From: Candidatus Spongiisociaceae bacterium
Lineage (GTDB): Bacteria; Actinomycetota; Acidimicrobiia; Spongiisociales; Spongiisociaceae
Length of the DNA stretch: 64,000 nucleotides
Direction of reading: 5' to 3'
Assembly (NCBI GenBank): GCA_965219685.1
Contig: CBDCOH010000002.1
Span: forward strand, 2,240,001 to 2,304,000
In this document: piece after piece, positions 60,017 to 64,000 of the stretch
Numbering within the stretch: position 1 is the first letter of the stretch
How the letters are laid out: each line of letters begins with the position of its first letter
Made by a program: the position numbers and the translations under genes
The notes under the pieces: model-generated
What the model was told of the DNA's origin: nothing
Seen by the model: only the letters and a program-made list of their open reading frames with translations
The model's database searches: none

Positions 60017-60171
60017 TAGGATCCGGTTGTGGCTTTCCAGGTCGGCACGGCACACCGAGAATACCCATGGGCGGGCACAATGCTGACCGGCCGGCATCGT
60101 TGAGTCCGAGCCGACGGAAACCTAACCAACCCGATCGGGGTCCAAGAGCAAACACCAACCAGGAGGTCCAA

Positions 60172-60759
60172 TTGACGTATGCACCACCGGTCCTATCAGG
60201 CAGGATCCTGCCGCTGAAGCGGATCGACCAGCGAGTCGCCACCGCAGCTCTCGTAGTGGGTTTCGCCCTGCTCACGGCGGCATGTGCGCAGATAAGGATC
60301 CCACTCGGGTTCACGCCCGTTCCGATTACCGGGCAGACCTTCGCAGTCTTGCTGACGGGCGCCGTACTGGGTTCGCGCGCCGGGGCCGCCAGCCAATTCC
60401 TCTACGTTGCGCTGGGTGCAGTCGGCCTACCGTTCTATGCGGGCGGGACCGGGGGATGGGAAACGGCCACAGGCGCCACCGCCGGCTACCTCGTGGGGTT
60501 CATCGTCGCTGCCTACGCGGTCGGGTACCTGGCAGAGAACCGTCAGGATCGCCGGTTCGCCACGTCCATAGGGGCGTTCCTCACCGGAAACCTGATCATC
60601 TACGTCCTCGGCGTTGCATGGCTGATGTCCCAATTCTCTTGGGACCTGGCAACCGGCGTCGAGAAGGGCATGGCGCCTTTCATCATCGGTGACACCATCA
60701 AGATTCTCCTGGCCGCAGGCGTAATGCCGACCGCCTGGAAGCTCGTCGGAGACCGGTAG
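60172..60759 (+). CDS. bioY: biotin transporter
   Basis: PVPITGQTFAV, GLPFYAGG, GYLVGF, PFIIGDTIK; AGGAGG RBS before TTG. Confidence 0.93.
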   Translation: MTYAPPVLSGRILPLKRIDQRVATAALVVGFALLTAACAQIRIPLGFTPVPITGQTFAVLLTGAVLGSRAGAASQFLYVALGAVGLPFYAGGTGGWETATGATAGYLVGFIVAAYAVGYLAENRQDRRFATSIGAFLTGNLIIYVLGVAWLMSQFSWDLATGVEKGMAPFIIGDTIKILLAAGVMPTAWKLVGDR

Positions 60760-60763
60760 GGTG

Positions 60764-60797
60764 GGTGTTTGGTATTAGGTGTTAGGTGTTAGGTGCG
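60764..60797 (+). repeat. heptamer tandem repeat (GGTGTTA)x~4.5
   Basis: After the bioY stop. Confidence 0.8.
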
Positions 60798-60810
60798 TAT
60801 AGCAGCAAGC

Positions 60811-60880
60811 CACCACTCACCACTCACCACTCACCACTCACCACTCACCACTCACCACTCACCACTCACCACTCACCACC
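60811..60880 (-). repeat. heptamer tandem repeat (CACCACT)x10
   Basis: Abuts the moaE stop. Confidence 0.97.
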
Positions 60881-61326
60881 TAAGCGCCGGGTGACCACTC
60901 CCCGCCGCCGGGCCAGCACTCCTTCTTCCAGATGGGAGCGCGTGCCTTGAGTTCGTCGATCAGGTAGCGGGCAGCCGCGAACGCCTCGGCGCGGTGGGCG
61001 CAGGCGACGGCAACCGCCACCGACGCCTCGGTGAGTTCCACCCTCCCCACACGGTGTTCTACGACCACTTTGTCGATCGGCCAGCGCCGGGTCGCCTCGT
61101 CCACTATCTCGTCGATCTTGGCCTCCACATGACCCTCGTAGGCTTCGTACTCGAGGTGGGTGATGCCCTCTTTTCCCGGCGAGTGGTCCCGGACCGTACC
61201 AAGGAAGAGGGCAATGGCGCCGGTCGCCGGTCCGGATATCTCCCGGATCAGCATCCCGGCGTCGATCGGCTCGCCGGAAACGCGGATCCGGCGGAGGTCG
61301 GGTGCAGGTATGTCCGGCATCTCCAT
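60880..61326 (-). CDS. moaE: molybdopterin synthase catalytic subunit
   Basis: FLGTVRD, LEYEAY, HRVG, AHR, PIWKKE. Confidence 0.95.
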   Translation of the reverse strand: MEMPDIPAPDLRRIRVSGEPIDAGMLIREISGPATGAIALFLGTVRDHSPGKEGITHLEYEAYEGHVEAKIDEIVDEATRRWPIDKVVVEHRVGRVELTEASVAVAVACAHRAEAFAAARYLIDELKARAPIWKKECWPGGGEWSPGA

Positions 61327-61340
61327 AGAATACGCAGTCT

Positions 61341-62594
61341 ATGGATGGCATCGATCAGCCGTCGCCTTCACCTTCCGGCGCAGACAGCGGCGACCCGTCA
61401 CAACGCCGGACCCGGGACACGGGACATTCCCATACCGCGCTCGCGATCGGTTCCGCGTTGCTGGCAGCCGTCGCCACGACCACCGCCCTATGGCTGGCAG
61501 GTTCGTTCGACCGGGAAGTGGTGCAGATCACAGAGATCGTCGAGGTAAGGGAGTTCGCCGGGGCCCCGGAACCCCAGGAGACGTCCCCCCGGCTTCCGGA
61601 CACCACCGCTTCGAGCGTACCCGGACCATCGCCCGCTCCCGCAGATTCGACGGTAGCCACCACTGTTCCGGTGTTCGCGCCCACCGACCTGGTGGCCATG
61701 GTGGCCTCGCGAGCGATTCCCTCGATCGTCACCGTCCAGAACCTCGACGGGGAGTTCGGCCAGGCCGGGTCCGGAAGCGGGGTGGTAGTCCGTTCCGATG
61801 GATTCATCGTCACCAACCACCACGTGATCGATGGGGCCGACACCCTCAAGGTGATCATGTCAGACGGCCTCTCCTACCCGGCCGAGTTGGTCGGCTCAGA
61901 CCCCCTCATGGATATCGCCGTGCTGAAGGTCGGGGCCGACGACCTCCCGCATATCCGGTTCGGCTCGATGGAACGCCTACGCACCGGCGAACCCGCCATC
62001 GCCGTCGGCAACCCGTTGGGGCTCGATGGAGGCCCATCCGTTACTGCGGGCGTGATCTCGGCCTTCGACCGGAGCCTGGTGACCAACCCCCTCACCGGCG
62101 AGAGCTTGTACGGACTGCTGCAGACCGACGCTCCCATCACCCGGGGATCGAGTGGCGGCGCTCTGCTGGATGTGCACGGTCGCCTGCTCGGTATCACAAC
62201 GGCTATCGGCCTGAGCGACGTGGGCGCCGAGGGGCTGGGCTTCGCCGTTCCGGCCAACCTGGTCGAGAGAATCGTCAACGACCTCATGTCTGAAGGCGAG
62301 GTTCGCCATGCATTCCTGGGGATCAGGGGCAGTTCAGCATTCAGCGAACTCACGGACGGAGTGGAATCCCCGCTCGGGGTCGAGGTGAACCTCCTGGAAG
62401 AGTCGGCGATAGGGCGGGCGGGCGCACAGGACGGTGACGTGATCGTCGCCCTAGACGGTGTGCCCGTTAGATCAATGCCGTTGCTGGTGGCCAGGTTGCG
62501 GAGCTACCGGGCGGGTGACTCGATAACTGTGACCGTGCAAAGAGAAGACGAGACCCTCGACCTCGACATGACACTGGATCGATACCCTTCGTGA
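61341..62594 (+). CDS. HtrA-family serine protease with PDZ domain
   Basis: TM helix, TNHHV, DIAVL, QTDAPITRGSSGG, PDZ. Confidence 0.93.
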   Translation: MDGIDQPSPSPSGADSGDPSQRRTRDTGHSHTALAIGSALLAAVATTTALWLAGSFDREVVQITEIVEVREFAGAPEPQETSPRLPDTTASSVPGPSPAPADSTVATTVPVFAPTDLVAMVASRAIPSIVTVQNLDGEFGQAGSGSGVVVRSDGFIVTNHHVIDGADTLKVIMSDGLSYPAELVGSDPLMDIAVLKVGADDLPHIRFGSMERLRTGEPAIAVGNPLGLDGGPSVTAGVISAFDRSLVTNPLTGESLYGLLQTDAPITRGSSGGALLDVHGRLLGITTAIGLSDVGAEGLGFAVPANLVERIVNDLMSEGEVRHAFLGIRGSSAFSELTDGVESPLGVEVNLLEESAIGRAGAQDGDVIVALDGVPVRSMPLLVARLRSYRAGDSITVTVQREDETLDLDMTLDRYPS

Positions 62595-62647
62595 TGCGAT
62601 CGGAGTGCCGGTCGAATAGGCTCACCTCAGCCTGACGGGAACCAAGG

Positions 62648-63745
62648 ATGCAGGACCGAAACATTCTCGAGGAGTTCATGAAGCTCCTGAACCAACCGGG
62701 ACCCGTCAACTGGGCCTTGGCCACCCAGTTGGCCGATCATCTGGCCGGCCCACCCGAGCCACTCGACCCCTGGCTTGCGGAGGAGTACCTCGAATTGGCC
62801 CGCTACGCCCGCCTGCGATTCACCCAAGCGACCGGTGTCCCGTCAGATCCGATGGCCGACGCCGTCCTGGTGGATCGTAAGGGATGGACGCAACACAACC
62901 TCAAATCGTTTTCCTACATCGCCGAGCCGTTGGCCGCCAAGCTGGCCGGATCGGCGGGTCCCGGTCCGCTGGACGCGGTTCTCAGGCAACTGGGACCGGC
63001 CCTCCTGGGCATGCAGGTGGGCGCGATGGTGGGAATGATGAGCGAGGGAGCACTCGGTCTGTTCGATGCCGGCCTTCCTACCGCCCAACCATCGGGGATC
63101 GTCTTTCTGGTTCCGAACATCGAGACCTTCGCCGGCGAGTCCGGGCTCGATGCCCGGCAGGTCCGCCTGTGGTCAGCACTCCACGAGGTGGTTCATGACG
63201 CCTTGGCCGGCCATGCCTGGGTCCGGCCTCATGTGGTCGGGCTGTTCAAGGAACTGACCGCATCGGTGGAACTCGATCCCGAGACCTTGAGCGGTTGGCA
63301 AGAGCACCTGACCGATCCGGCCAAGCTGGAGGCAAGCCTTTCCCAGGGCGGCGGGTTCCCCGCCCTGTTCGGCGGCCCCCTCCAGGACGACCGCCTGGAG
63401 GACCTTCGGAGGTTCATCACGGTCATGGACGGCTACGGCTCGTATCTCGTCGAACGTGCTTCGGCCGGACTGCTGCCCGAGCTTGGCTCGATCAGGAGGG
63501 CCATGTCGTCGCGCGGGCGTGACCGTAGCGGTCACGCCCTACTAGGTGGAATGTTCAGGTTGGAGACAACTGCGGGCACGCATGGCCCGGCCGCGGCGTT
63601 CTGCACGGAAGTGGAGAAGAGGTGGGGCGATGCGGCGGTCCGAAGGGTATGGGAGCGACCGGAGAACCTGCCGGTAGCGGAAGAACTCAACGACGTGACC
63701 GGGTGGGCGGCGCGGGTCTTGCTGGACGACCCGTTCACCCTGTAG
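62648..63745 (+). CDS. zinc-dependent metalloprotease-like protein (DUF2342)
   Basis: GPVNW, LHEVVH, VWERPENLP. Confidence 0.85.
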   Translation: MQDRNILEEFMKLLNQPGPVNWALATQLADHLAGPPEPLDPWLAEEYLELARYARLRFTQATGVPSDPMADAVLVDRKGWTQHNLKSFSYIAEPLAAKLAGSAGPGPLDAVLRQLGPALLGMQVGAMVGMMSEGALGLFDAGLPTAQPSGIVFLVPNIETFAGESGLDARQVRLWSALHEVVHDALAGHAWVRPHVVGLFKELTASVELDPETLSGWQEHLTDPAKLEASLSQGGGFPALFGGPLQDDRLEDLRRFITVMDGYGSYLVERASAGLLPELGSIRRAMSSRGRDRSGHALLGGMFRLETTAGTHGPAAAFCTEVEKRWGDAAVRRVWERPENLPVAEELNDVTGWAARVLLDDPFTL

Positions 63746-63772
63746 GGAGGGTCTCCCGGACAGCTAGATCAT

Positions 63773-63807
63773 TGGTTCCTAGTCGGTAGTCTCTAGTTGC
63801 TAGTTGG
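63773..63807 (+). repeat. degenerate heptamer repeat (TAGTYNS)x4-5
   Basis: TAGTCGG TAGTCTC TAGTTGC TAGTTGG after the last gene. Confidence 0.65.
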
Positions 63808-64000
63808 AAACCAGTGGTTAACGTTAAAGTAGAGCGATCACTGGTTACGATCGCTTGTTGGTCAGATCCCCTGGAACTGCTCCTCTCGGCCGGCCGCACC
63901 ATGTGTACGTAGCGGACTTCCGGCGAACGCGTTGCCAGATGAACGGTAGAGCGCCAGACGGCCAACCGACAACGGCCGCTGTCTGCTCAAAGCCGGGGCC

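Overview
GC-rich bacterial DNA, most likely from an Actinomycetota genome. The UPF0182/YlbL/BioY/MoaE/HtrA/DUF2342 block, the LLM oxidoreductases, a mycothiol-type DinB protein and many leaderless promoters suggest Acidimicrobiia (inference). The first ~20 kb is accessory/conflict DNA. It holds a DUF6361-PLD-SF2 helicase operon (Azaca-like defence), three COG1373-type AAA+/DUF4143 ATPase genes each preceded by its own repeated DNA motif (two 23-bp-period arrays and one 37-bp palindrome), an NrtR regulator facing a vWA-ARPP-1 fusion, an XRE regulator with an uncharacterised partner, and an HNH-like membrane protein. The middle is catabolic: Rieske demethylase, GcvT-like enzyme, aceA, three deaminase domains, thiolase with coxDE, and a Mo-hydroxylase with hydantoinase and carbamoylase. 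It also carries two toxin-antitoxin pairs and a UGA-recoded UGSC selenoprotein with a SECIS-like hairpin. The right end is core genome, with DnaA boxes at the start of a DivIVA-like gene. Oriented 7-bp tandem repeats mark many intergenic boundaries from 32 kb onward. No rRNA, tRNA, CRISPR array, transposase or integrase was recognised. All family assignments are by eye from motifs; no database searches were run.
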